The position numbers and the translations under genes were made by a program. Below are positions 28,237-37,200 of a DNA stretch of 64,000 nt, piece by piece (within the stretch, counting starts at the first letter, position 1; each line of letters opens with the position of its first letter). Below the pieces are notes generated by a model. That model had not been told where the DNA came from. It did not search any database and saw nothing but the letters and a program-made list of their open reading frames with translations. Source of the DNA: Fusobacteriota bacterium (lineage in GTDB: Bacteria > Fusobacteriota > Fusobacteriia > Fusobacteriales > JAAYPW01); assembly GCA_012519615.1 (NCBI GenBank), contig JAAYPW010000115.1:29009-93008 (forward strand). Reading direction: 5' to 3'.

Positions 28237-29724
28237 ATGAAAAAAAAATTTTTATTAGTTTTATTATTACTTGCAATTTCATTAACTTTTGGTGCTTGTA
28301 GAAAGGCAAAGGTTGTTGAAGAACCAGTTATAACTGAAGCACCAGTTGAAGTGGAAAAACCTGTGTATGTTGAAGAAAAAAATATTGTTGAACCAACACC
28401 AGTTATAATTGAATTACCAAAAGAGGAACTAAAACCAGTATTTATAGAACCAGAACCAGTTATTATTGAGTCGGAACCTATAAAAACATTAACAAAAAAT
28501 GATGTAGCATACTGGTTAGAAAAATATGATGATGATGAGTTAAATCAAATTTTAATGACTCAAGATGATATTAAACTATTTAACGATTTAAATATTGAAA
28601 ATTCAATTCCTTTAGTCGATTTAAAAAAAGAAAAAACAGTCTTAACAAAATCAGAACTTACTAAATTAATAAAATCGGTAAGTACACCATCAAAAAGTCA
28701 AAGATATGATGAAAACGGTGCAATTGTAGATAATAATTTTTATAATAAATTAAATGAAAATTTAGATTTAGATTCAATTTCTAATTCTAATGAAATTCAA
28801 TACGCAATTTGTACAAATAGAACAATATTAAGAACTTATCCTACAGATGCAAAAATAACAAAAGAGCCTTTTCAATTTGAATTTGATAGATTTGCAGAAA
28901 CTGCTGTATATGCTGCCGAACCTTTATTAGTTTATAAAGAGAGTAAAGATAAAAATTGGTATTTTGTTAGAATGTATAATTATATAGGATGGATAAATGC
29001 AAATGATATTGCCTTAACTTCAAGAGATAATTTATTTGAATATGTTGAAAAAGCACCGTTTATTGTTGTTAATGCAGATAAAATTTATTTAGAAGGTAAC
29101 GAATTTTCAATGGGAACAAGACTTCCAATTTCTAAAATAAATTATGAAAATGAAGATAAAACAGTGATCATTCCAGTAAGAAAATCTGATGGAACTGCTG
29201 AATTTAAAAATGTATCGGTTAATTCAAGCTTGGATGTATCTTTAGGATATTTATCATACAATAGAAAAAACATCTTAATACAAGCATTTAAATTATTAGA
29301 TGATCCTTATGGATGGGGTGGATTAAATGGCGGAAGAGATTGTTCAGCATTTATAATTGATATATATAGAACATTTGGATTAGATTTACCGCGTAATTCT
29401 TATGAACAAGGGAAACTTTCTCTAGGAAAACAATATCCTATGCCTTATGATATGAATATTGAAAGTAGAGAAGAACTATTTAGAACATTAAAACCAGGAA
29501 CACCTTTATATATTTTAGGACATGTAATGATCTATCTTGGTGAAGATAATGGCGACTTTTTTATAATACATAATTATACGGGAAATTATACAAGAGATAA
29601 TGGAAATTTAGAATATAATAGAGTAATGTCCACAACTATTAGCCCGCTATCAATGAGATTATTTAATGGAAAAACATATTTAGAAAGAATATATACAGGA
29701 AAAGATTTTATTTTAAATAAATAA
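28237..29724 (+). CDS. NlpC/P60 cysteine peptidase lipoprotein, paralogue of the preceding gene, with a Pro/Glu-rich linker
   Basis: MKKKFLLVLLLLAISLTFGAC lipobox. An EP/PV-rich linker spans aa 25-85. It shares GWGGLNGGRDCSAFIIDIYRTFGLDLPRNSYEQ and GHVMIYLG. The ATG is followed by an in-frame A9 tract. Confidence 0.8.
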   Translation: MKKKFLLVLLLLAISLTFGACRKAKVVEEPVITEAPVEVEKPVYVEEKNIVEPTPVIIELPKEELKPVFIEPEPVIIESEPIKTLTKNDVAYWLEKYDDDELNQILMTQDDIKLFNDLNIENSIPLVDLKKEKTVLTKSELTKLIKSVSTPSKSQRYDENGAIVDNNFYNKLNENLDLDSISNSNEIQYAICTNRTILRTYPTDAKITKEPFQFEFDRFAETAVYAAEPLLVYKESKDKNWYFVRMYNYIGWINANDIALTSRDNLFEYVEKAPFIVVNADKIYLEGNEFSMGTRLPISKINYENEDKTVIIPVRKSDGTAEFKNVSVNSSLDVSLGYLSYNRKNILIQAFKLLDDPYGWGGLNGGRDCSAFIIDIYRTFGLDLPRNSYEQGKLSLGKQYPMPYDMNIESREELFRTLKPGTPLYILGHVMIYLGEDNGDFFIIHNYTGNYTRDNGNLEYNRVMSTTISPLSMRLFNGKTYLERIYTGKDFILNK

Positions 29725-29733
29725 AAAAATAAA

Positions 29734-29767
29734 AGCAGGAAGGCATCATAAAAGATGCTTTCTTGCT
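29734..29767 (+). terminator. Hairpin terminator after the NlpC/P60 pair
   Basis: 14-bp stem (two G-U pairs) pairing 29734-29747 with 29754-29767, with a 6-nt loop. The T-run is weak. Confidence 0.55.
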
Positions 29768-29836
29768 AATGTTATTTATATACTTCAGTATTTAAAAATG
29801 ATAGATAAATGTTAAAGTATATAAAGGGAGAGATTA

Positions 29837-31471
29837 ATGAGTAAAGTTGTGAAACCCCGTGAAAATTTAAGTAGTAAAATACAGTTAAAAATTATGGTAA
29901 ATGTAATTTTATCTATTTTAATAACATCTTTTTTTGTATCCTCTTTTTTAATAATTAATTTTTTAAATAATCTTAAAAATGATAAATCGAAATTTATAAA
30001 GACAGAAGTCGAAAGTAAAGTTAAAATAATTGATAATGAAATTTTAAAAAAAATTGAACTATCTAAGCAAATTGCAAGCAGAACAATGATTAAAAGAGAA
30101 TTAATAAAATATAATGAAAATAAAATATCAAAAAGCGAACTTATTAATTATACGGAAGATAAACTTTATGATGCAATTAAAGAGATAGATAGTTTAGTAA
30201 GTTTAACAAGATATTCTGCAAATAATGAAAAAATTCTTACATTACGGGAAGACATTGATATAAAAGATTACACAATGTCATTAGATAATTTCAAAGAATT
30301 TATTATAACACTTTTACTTATAAGAGATGAATTACATTTGGTTATAGAAAATTCTATTATAGATGATAATAAACAATATATTGGTAAAGATTTAATAATA
30401 TTTGACATTTCTAATTTAATTGACATTATAAATAGTGAAAAACAATCAGTAATATTAAATCAACATAGTAATAATAAGAATATTGTATTTAAGAACTCTA
30501 CAGCTAATAAAATTGATACAAAATGTGATATAAATAATAAGCATGCACTTATGTTTACAAAGAAAATTGATTTTATAGACATAAACTATAACTATATTAT
30601 ATGTAAAAAAGATTTTTATAAAAATATAAAATCAGAAATTCTAGCTGTCTTATTAATTACAATTACTCTTACTTTAATAGCAATTGGGATAACATTTTTA
30701 ATTCTTTATCCTCTTACAGGAAAAATAATAATAAGAGAAGAACATCTTTTAAAAGAGATTGAAGATAAAACAAAAGAGATTGAAAAAGAAATTGAAATAA
30801 AAAATAATTTTTATCAAATTTTAGCTCATGATTTAAAAAATCCTATTTCGGCAAATATAAGTTTTCTTGATTTAATGATTGATGAGATAGAAAATAATAG
30901 ATATAATAAAGATGAAATATTAGAAAAATTAAAAATAATTTTTTCAAACAATATAAATATTTTAGAGATGTTTGAAAAAATACTAACTTGGTCACAAAGT
31001 CAAAAGAAAAATCTAAAAGTTAAAAAAATAAGATTTAAAGTTATTGATGTAGTTAATGAAAGTGTTAGTATATTATCACAAAATATTTCTAAAAAAAATC
31101 TTAATTTAAAGATAACAGGCGATAACAATCTATTTATTATTGCAGATAAAAACATGATTGAAACAGTAGTAAGAAATATTTTATCGAATTCAATTAAATT
31201 TACTCAAAATAATAAGAAAACTAAAATTGATTTATCACATAAAAGAAAAAAAACAATTATAAAAATACAAGATGAAGGTGTAGGAATTGAAGAATCAAAA
31301 TTAAAAACTATTTTTGAATACAAAAATTTTCAAAGCACTAAATCAACTGACGGTACAAAAGGTATGGGATTAGGATTAATATTTTGTAAAGAATTTATAG
31401 AAAAAAACAATGGGAAATTAAAAATAGAAAGTAAAATTAATATTGGAACTACAGTAATAATCGAAATTTAA
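29837..31471 (+). CDS. Sensor histidine kinase (two TM helices, ~230-aa extracytoplasmic domain)
   Basis: H-box FYQILAHDLKNPIS, N-box VRNILSNSIKFT, G-boxes IQDEGVGI and GMGLGLIFCKEF. TM helices lie at about aa 20-45 and 268-292. Confidence 0.85.
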   Translation: MSKVVKPRENLSSKIQLKIMVNVILSILITSFFVSSFLIINFLNNLKNDKSKFIKTEVESKVKIIDNEILKKIELSKQIASRTMIKRELIKYNENKISKSELINYTEDKLYDAIKEIDSLVSLTRYSANNEKILTLREDIDIKDYTMSLDNFKEFIITLLLIRDELHLVIENSIIDDNKQYIGKDLIIFDISNLIDIINSEKQSVILNQHSNNKNIVFKNSTANKIDTKCDINNKHALMFTKKIDFIDINYNYIICKKDFYKNIKSEILAVLLITITLTLIAIGITFLILYPLTGKIIIREEHLLKEIEDKTKEIEKEIEIKNNFYQILAHDLKNPISANISFLDLMIDEIENNRYNKDEILEKLKIIFSNNINILEMFEKILTWSQSQKKNLKVKKIRFKVIDVVNESVSILSQNISKKNLNLKITGDNNLFIIADKNMIETVVRNILSNSIKFTQNNKKTKIDLSHKRKKTIIKIQDEGVGIEESKLKTIFEYKNFQSTKSTDGTKGMGLGLIFCKEFIEKNNGKLKIESKINIGTTVIIEI

Positions 31472-31547
31472 ATTAAAATAAAAAAGGATTTATTTAAATC
31501 CGAAGTATATTATATTACATTAATAAGTATTGTAAGGGGAGTATAAA

Positions 31548-32294
31548 ATGATTAGAATAGACTTATCTTTTATGATTACACTTGCATTTATTATACTATC
31601 AACTGTATTAATTGCATTTATAAGAAGAAAAAATTTAGATAAATGTTTACGTGACTTTAATAAAGACAATATAAATCTTGTAATTAATGAAGATATTACT
31701 TTTATTGGTAAATTACGTGTTGAAAATACAGGATTTGAACTTGTATTTCAAAAAATGATTGCTTATAATGCAAGTTATATTTTATATAAAAATGAATTTG
31801 CAAATATAAAATATATAATTAGATATTATGAAGATCAAACTGAAAAAAGCAAAAAAAGAAGAGAGTGGTCGCTGAAAAATACGTATCATCCTAGCTTAAT
31901 TAAAAAAATGATTAGAAATATTCAGAATTCATTTAGGATATTGAGAGATTCACTTTTAGAGGTAATAAATCTAATTATAGGTAGTTCAAAAAATAAATTA
32001 CCAATTGTAGGTAGTTTTAATTATCAAGATAAATATATGACACAAATTAAAAAAGAGATTGTTGATGCAGTTGGTACATCGTATGAACCGTTATTAGAAA
32101 AGATAATAGGAAAGAAAGTTGTAATAATATTTAATTATAATGGCACCATAGAAAAATTTATAGGTATATTGAAAGAATACAGTACAGATTTTATTCAATT
32201 ATTAAATGTACAATATGAAGAACATAATGTATTTATAAATAGTGATGTTATATTTTTAAGAAAATATGCAACTGTTAAGCATTTAGCAGAATGA
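31548..32294 (+). CDS. Hypothetical membrane-anchored protein (248 aa)
   Basis: One N-terminal TM helix (FMITLAFIILSTVLIAFI) and a good SD (AAGGGGAG). No recognisable domain. Confidence 0.5.
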   Translation: MIRIDLSFMITLAFIILSTVLIAFIRRKNLDKCLRDFNKDNINLVINEDITFIGKLRVENTGFELVFQKMIAYNASYILYKNEFANIKYIIRYYEDQTEKSKKRREWSLKNTYHPSLIKKMIRNIQNSFRILRDSLLEVINLIIGSSKNKLPIVGSFNYQDKYMTQIKKEIVDAVGTSYEPLLEKIIGKKVVIIFNYNGTIEKFIGILKEYSTDFIQLLNVQYEEHNVFINSDVIFLRKYATVKHLAE

Positions 32295-32316
32295 TCTAAT
32301 AAAACAGGGGGGAATT

Positions 32317-33336
32317 ATGAAGAAATATATAATAATATTTTTTGTATTTATTTCTATATCTATTTTTCCAATTGAAAAAGAAAAACAAATTTTATTATGT
32401 CCAAAAGCATTAAATAACCCATTTTGGTTTGCAGTTGAAAATGGGATGAAAGATGCTGCTAAAGATTTGGATATAGATTTTATCTTTGACGCACCATTAA
32501 ATATTGATTCTAATGAACAATTTAGATTTTTAGTTAAATACATTGAAAATGGCATAAAAGGCTTAGGTGTATCTCCAATAGATCCAATTATAATTAGCGA
32601 ATTAGGAGATACTGCATTAAAAAAAATGATACCATTTATAACATTTGATTCAGATATTTCTAATAAAGAAAATAGATTGCTGTATATAGGAACAGATAAC
32701 TATAGTGCTGGTAAAGAAGCTGCTAAATTAATGATTGAAAAGATAAATAGTAAAAAATCAGATAAAAAAATTATAAAAATTGCTATATTAACAGGAAGTG
32801 TTGAAGCTAAAAATTTAAATGAAAGAATTGATGGCTTTCGGGAACATATCTTAAATGTAACAAATAGAGATTTTGAAGTAATATTATTAGAAAAACTATA
32901 TACAGGTAATGAAGATACAGCAAAAAGTATAGAAGCGCTTAAATTAATAAATATCGAGCATCCAGATATTGACTGTATATTTATGGCTGGTGCTTGGGCT
33001 TTATTTGGAAAAGAGGAAAAATATGTAGAATCTTTTTCAGATATAAATAATGCTATAGAAACTATTGTTGTCTCATTTGATACATTACCAAATGAATTAG
33101 AATTACTAAAAAAAGGATATGTGGATGGATTAATAGGACAAAAACCATATGATATAGGATATTTAGCAGCTATGGTTTTATATAATATTAATAAATTTGG
33201 TGTAGAGAATACATATAAGATGATGTCACTTTGTGTAAAAGATAACAATACTCTATATACAGAACTTGATATCGTAACTGATTCAAATGTTGATAAATAT
33301 ATTGAAATTGCTAATAAAATTTATAATAGAAAATAA
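32317..33336 (+). CDS. Periplasmic binding protein, type-1 (ribose/LsrB/LuxP-like sugar-binding fold)
   Basis: N-terminal signal/anchor MKKYIIIFFVFISISIF. PBP1-like motifs: NNPFWFAVENGMKDAAKDL, ITFDSD, YIGTDNYSAGKEAAK, VSFDTLPNELELLKKGYVDGLIGQKPY. No ABC permease or ATPase gene is nearby. Confidence 0.75.
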   Translation: MKKYIIIFFVFISISIFPIEKEKQILLCPKALNNPFWFAVENGMKDAAKDLDIDFIFDAPLNIDSNEQFRFLVKYIENGIKGLGVSPIDPIIISELGDTALKKMIPFITFDSDISNKENRLLYIGTDNYSAGKEAAKLMIEKINSKKSDKKIIKIAILTGSVEAKNLNERIDGFREHILNVTNRDFEVILLEKLYTGNEDTAKSIEALKLINIEHPDIDCIFMAGAWALFGKEEKYVESFSDINNAIETIVVSFDTLPNELELLKKGYVDGLIGQKPYDIGYLAAMVLYNINKFGVENTYKMMSLCVKDNNTLYTELDIVTDSNVDKYIEIANKIYNRK

Positions 33337-33353
33337 ATATGAAGGAGGTACTA

Positions 33354-33740
33354 ATGAGAAAAATTAATTGGTATATTGTTATTTATGTATTAAGTTTTTT
33401 AATTTTATCCTCATTATTTATCATAACTTCAATTTATTTTTCAAAAATTGATGAATCTTATACAAATGTTAGTTCTTCTTTGAAAAATACGGAGGAGAAT
33501 TATGTTAGTTACTATGAAATTTTATCGTTAAAAGGAGAAATACAGGAAAATATTGAACAAATATTGGCATTGGGATATATTAAAGATAAAAATCTTGCTA
33601 ATATAATCTATAATAATTTTTATAGTTCAAATAAAATTATAAAAGAAAAGATTGATAAAATAGAAAAAAATATAATATTAAGAGATTTTTTTAAAGAAAT
33701 TGAAGTTTTAATAGAAAAAATTATTGATTTAAAAAAATAG
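33354..33740 (+). CDS. Sensor histidine kinase, N-terminal segment (TM1 + start of the extracytoplasmic domain). It ends at an in-frame TAG.
   Basis: GAAGGAGG SD precedes the ATG at 33354. TM helix WYIVIYVLSFLILSSLFIITSIYF. It is in the same frame as 33867..35870, with no other stop between them. Confidence 0.6.
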   Translation: MRKINWYIVIYVLSFLILSSLFIITSIYFSKIDESYTNVSSSLKNTEENYVSYYEILSLKGEIQENIEQILALGYIKDKNLANIIYNNFYSSNKIIKEKIDKIEKNIILRDFFKEIEVLIEKIIDLKK

Positions 33741-33866
33741 GAATTAGATTTAATCTACGATTATAATGATTTATATATAAAACATAGAGAAGATAATATA
33801 AAATTAATACAATTATCTAATGAAATTAATAATCAAAAAATTGTTGATTATACAAAAATTGATACA

Positions 33867-35870
33867 ATGTACAGAAAATATAAAAATATTAAAAATATAA
33901 AATTTGAAAAAACAGATAATGAACTGGAAATAATAGAAAAAAGTTATAAAACCCTTAAAATAGAAAATCTAACGATTTATGAATTAGAGAGAGCATTAGT
34001 AAATGAAAATATATCAAAAATTTCAACTAAATTTAAAGAGCTTAGTGAATTAAATTCTTTGTCTAGAGAAATTTTTATTGCAACTAATATAGAAGAACTT
34101 AATTTAGAAAATAAAATAAATAACAGAGCAGATATTATCGTTTCTTCCATATATATATTAAATAGTCCAGGATATTTTGCTATGGATATTTTTCAGGAAC
34201 AACTAATAAAAAATTTACTTTTTGAATATACGAATAAACTGGAAAAATTAATAAAAATTAAGAAAAAATTTATAATAAAAGAGGAAAATAGTAAAATAAT
34301 TACTGATGAAATGTACGAATTACAAAATAAAATTGATTATAATAAAGAAAATTCATTCTTAATTATAAATAATGATTTACAAAATAAAATTGATGAATTT
34401 AATAAAATTTTAACACCTGTTCAACAAGATTTTGATAAATCAACAAGAGAAAGTCTTGTGGAGTCTTTTACAATTAATAAAAAAAATGAAAGAGATATTA
34501 AGAAAACAATATTAAATATATATATTATTTTATTTGGGAGTCTATTTTTAGCAAGCATTATATCAACTATTATTATAAAAAAAATAAATAATAATTTAAA
34601 AAATAGAAATAAAGATTTGGAAAAAAATGTAGAAATAAGGACATCTGAAATAAAAGAGAATAACAATAGATTGTGTAGTATTCAAAAAATAGGTTTAAGA
34701 ATATATAACGAGAAAGAATCTAAAAAAGCAATCGAATTATTATTGACAGTTATATCAAAAGAAAAATATTATATGTTAGGTTTTTATTTGGAAAAAGATT
34801 CTGTAGATAGGAATAAAGCACATATTTTAGGAATTGGAATAAACTATAATGATTTTAATGAAGATAAAGCAACAAAAGCAAATAAAATTGTGAATAAATC
34901 TATTGATTTAAGTCAAAATGATTTCTTGCTTAATTCATTTGATGATGATAAAATATATGAATATTTAGATAATAAAGATCAATTACAGGTGGGGAATTAT
35001 AATTTAGATAAATATATTACAGTTCCTGTAGTTACGTACGTAAATAATATAAGGTATATTTATGGACTTATAGTTCTTGAATTAAATGATAATATTACAA
35101 GTATACCAGCTCTAGAAAAAGAAGCTCTTAAGATTTTTGGAGGATATTTAGCATCTTATTTTGAAAAAATTAGTTTAGAAAGTGAAAAAGAAAAAAATGA
35201 GAGGTTAAAACTTTTATTAGCATTATCATCATCTATTGTACATGAACTTCGTACACCTGTAACATCAATACTTGGATTTTCAAGATTGATTAATTCAAAT
35301 AACAGTAATAAAGACAAACTACAAATGTATTCAAATCAGATTGAAAAAGAGTGTTATAGAATAGAAGACATGGCAAAAGAGTTAATAGATTATTCATCTT
35401 CACATTCATATGAATTATATTATTTTAATAAACTTAATATAATAAAGCTATTTGATGATGTAATTTCAAATTGGTTAAATGAGTTTAAGTTAAATAATGG
35501 AGAACTGTGTATTGATTTTATAAATATTAATAATGAAGATGAAATAGTTCTAGATGAGCAAAAAATCAAGAAAGTTTTTAACTATATAATTAAAAATGCA
35601 TTGGAATCTTTTAATAAAGAAGACAATAAACTTTGTATTGTTGTAGAGAAAACTAAAGAATACATAGTTTTTGAATTTAAAGATAATGGAAGAGGTATAG
35701 ATGAGGAATTACTAAAAAAAATATTTGAGCCATTAGTTACAAACAAAATACAAGGAACAGGATTAGGTTTATCTATTGTAAAAAATATAATCTATCACCA
35801 TAACGGAAAAATAGATATAACTTCAAAATTAGATTTAGGTACAACGTTAATGTTACGGTTTCCAATATAA
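33867..35870 (+). CDS. Sensor histidine kinase, C-terminal segment (rest of sensor domain, TM2, GAF-like, HisKA, HATPase_c)
   Basis: TM helix ILNIYIILFGSLFLASIISTIII, H-box SSIVHELRTPVTSILGF, and FKDNGRGI, GTGLGLSIVKNII. No SD precedes the ATG at 33867. The open frame continues upstream to the TAG at 33738. Confidence 0.7.
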   Translation: MYRKYKNIKNIKFEKTDNELEIIEKSYKTLKIENLTIYELERALVNENISKISTKFKELSELNSLSREIFIATNIEELNLENKINNRADIIVSSIYILNSPGYFAMDIFQEQLIKNLLFEYTNKLEKLIKIKKKFIIKEENSKIITDEMYELQNKIDYNKENSFLIINNDLQNKIDEFNKILTPVQQDFDKSTRESLVESFTINKKNERDIKKTILNIYIILFGSLFLASIISTIIIKKINNNLKNRNKDLEKNVEIRTSEIKENNNRLCSIQKIGLRIYNEKESKKAIELLLTVISKEKYYMLGFYLEKDSVDRNKAHILGIGINYNDFNEDKATKANKIVNKSIDLSQNDFLLNSFDDDKIYEYLDNKDQLQVGNYNLDKYITVPVVTYVNNIRYIYGLIVLELNDNITSIPALEKEALKIFGGYLASYFEKISLESEKEKNERLKLLLALSSSIVHELRTPVTSILGFSRLINSNNSNKDKLQMYSNQIEKECYRIEDMAKELIDYSSSHSYELYYFNKLNIIKLFDDVISNWLNEFKLNNGELCIDFININNEDEIVLDEQKIKKVFNYIIKNALESFNKEDNKLCIVVEKTKEYIVFEFKDNGRGIDEELLKKIFEPLVTNKIQGTGLGLSIVKNIIYHHNGKIDITSKLDLGTTLMLRFPI

Positions 35871-35898
35871 AAAGAAAGTTTAAATTTAAACTTTCTTT
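35871..35898. terminator. Bidirectional terminator between convergent genes
   Basis: 28-nt perfect palindrome AAAGAAAGTTTAAA|TTTAAACTTTCTTT flanked by A/T runs. It overlaps the stop codon of the minus-strand reductase gene. Confidence 0.7.
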
Positions 35899-36746
35899 TT
35901 ATTTAATATATTTATATTTTCAATTAAATGTTTTTCTTTTGTCATACTTATTAAAATAACAGAAACATTATTATTTAAAAGATAATTGATAGAAGTCTGT
36001 AAAATTGGCTTTTCAATCTTATTAATCTCATTATATATATTTTTATTATGAAAAAGAGGATTAAATCTACGGATATCATTTTTACTTAATGTATAATTTT
36101 TATCAAAGCATCCAGATAAAAGTCCCTGTGCCAGGGGACTATATGCAATAAAACCAATATTTTTATTAGTACAAAATGGAATTATATCATTTATATCATT
36201 ATTTTGTAGAATATTAAATTGATTCTGTATTGAGCATATTGGAATAATATCATATGCATTTTTTAATAAATTAATTTTAAAATTAGAAACACCAATATAC
36301 TTAATAATTTTATTTTTTTTTAATTCATTCAAGGTATTCAGTACCTCTTTTAAATTAAATCCTTCATATGGCCAATGAATTTGATATAGATCAATATAAT
36401 CGGTTTTTAATCTTTTTAAACTTTTTTCAATGTCACTTAAAATAAAATCTCGTGATAAATTATGAATTACTCGACCTGTATCGCTCCATTCTAATCCTGT
36501 TTTTGAAGCAATATATAAATTTTTTCTAATAGATTTTGTTATATCACCAATTATCATTTCGGATTTTCCAAATCCATATATTGGTGCAGTATCGATAAAA
36601 TTTATACCTAGTTCAATTGATTTTTCAAATGTTTTTATTGCTTCATCTTGGTTTACATTTTTCCAACCTGTTTTACCTAAAGCCCAGCTACCATAACCTA
36701 ATTTTGAGACGTTCATATCTGAATTGCCTAAAAAGTTATATATCAT
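35886..36746 (-). CDS. Aldo/keto reductase family oxidoreductase
   Basis: 286 aa with LGYGSWALG, INFIDTAPIYGFGKSE, DLYQIHWP and GVSNF. This is the only minus-strand gene in the window. Confidence 0.85.
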   Translation of the reverse strand: MIYNFLGNSDMNVSKLGYGSWALGKTGWKNVNQDEAIKTFEKSIELGINFIDTAPIYGFGKSEMIIGDITKSIRKNLYIASKTGLEWSDTGRVIHNLSRDFILSDIEKSLKRLKTDYIDLYQIHWPYEGFNLKEVLNTLNELKKNKIIKYIGVSNFKINLLKNAYDIIPICSIQNQFNILQNNDINDIIPFCTNKNIGFIAYSPLAQGLLSGCFDKNYTLSKNDIRRFNPLFHNKNIYNEINKIEKPILQTSINYLLNNNVSVILISMTKEKHLIENINILNKKKV

Positions 36747-37200
36747 CAGTTTATCTCCAATCTTTTTTACTATTTTAACATAAATTTAATAAATTTTAAA
36801 GTATTTAATAATTAAATATAATATTTTATTTAAAATAAGATCAAAATTTATAAATTTTATTAATATTATATAGATGTTAATGTAGTTTTATACGAAAGTT
36901 CTAATTTAAAAAAATAATTTTAATTAGAAAAAAATATTTTTACAATTTAATAATTATGAAATAAAGAATAAAATTATATACATTTCCAAATTCACACCCA
37001 AACATAGAAAATTGGAATTATATTTTTTGTAAGAAAGTTGTGTTTAATTTATTATATTAGAAAAAGTATACATGCTTATTTTAGAATTTATAACAGAATA
37101 AAAAAAACTATAAGATTATATAAAGATATATTTATTAAAAATTAGTAGGTGGTGAATAAAAATAATAAATAAAAAGATAATATACATAATAATATTTTTT

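Noticed and set aside
28310-28490. The repetitive GAACCAGTTAT-type stretch as a non-coding tandem repeat.
   Set aside because: It is in frame and encodes an EP/PV-rich linker of the second NlpC/P60 lipoprotein. The copies are imperfect and of variable length.
31478-31500. Short palindrome GGATTTATTTAAATCC after HK1 as a terminator.
   Set aside because: The stem is only 5-7 bp of mostly A-T pairs, the loop is very small and there is no T-run. It is too weak to call.
33738-33740. The in-frame TAG as a pyrrolysine or otherwise reassigned codon.
   Set aside because: TAG clearly terminates pnp (18921), pgsA (20829), the receiver gene (51419) and the M23 peptidase gene (53789) at the expected protein ends. 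No pyl genes were seen.
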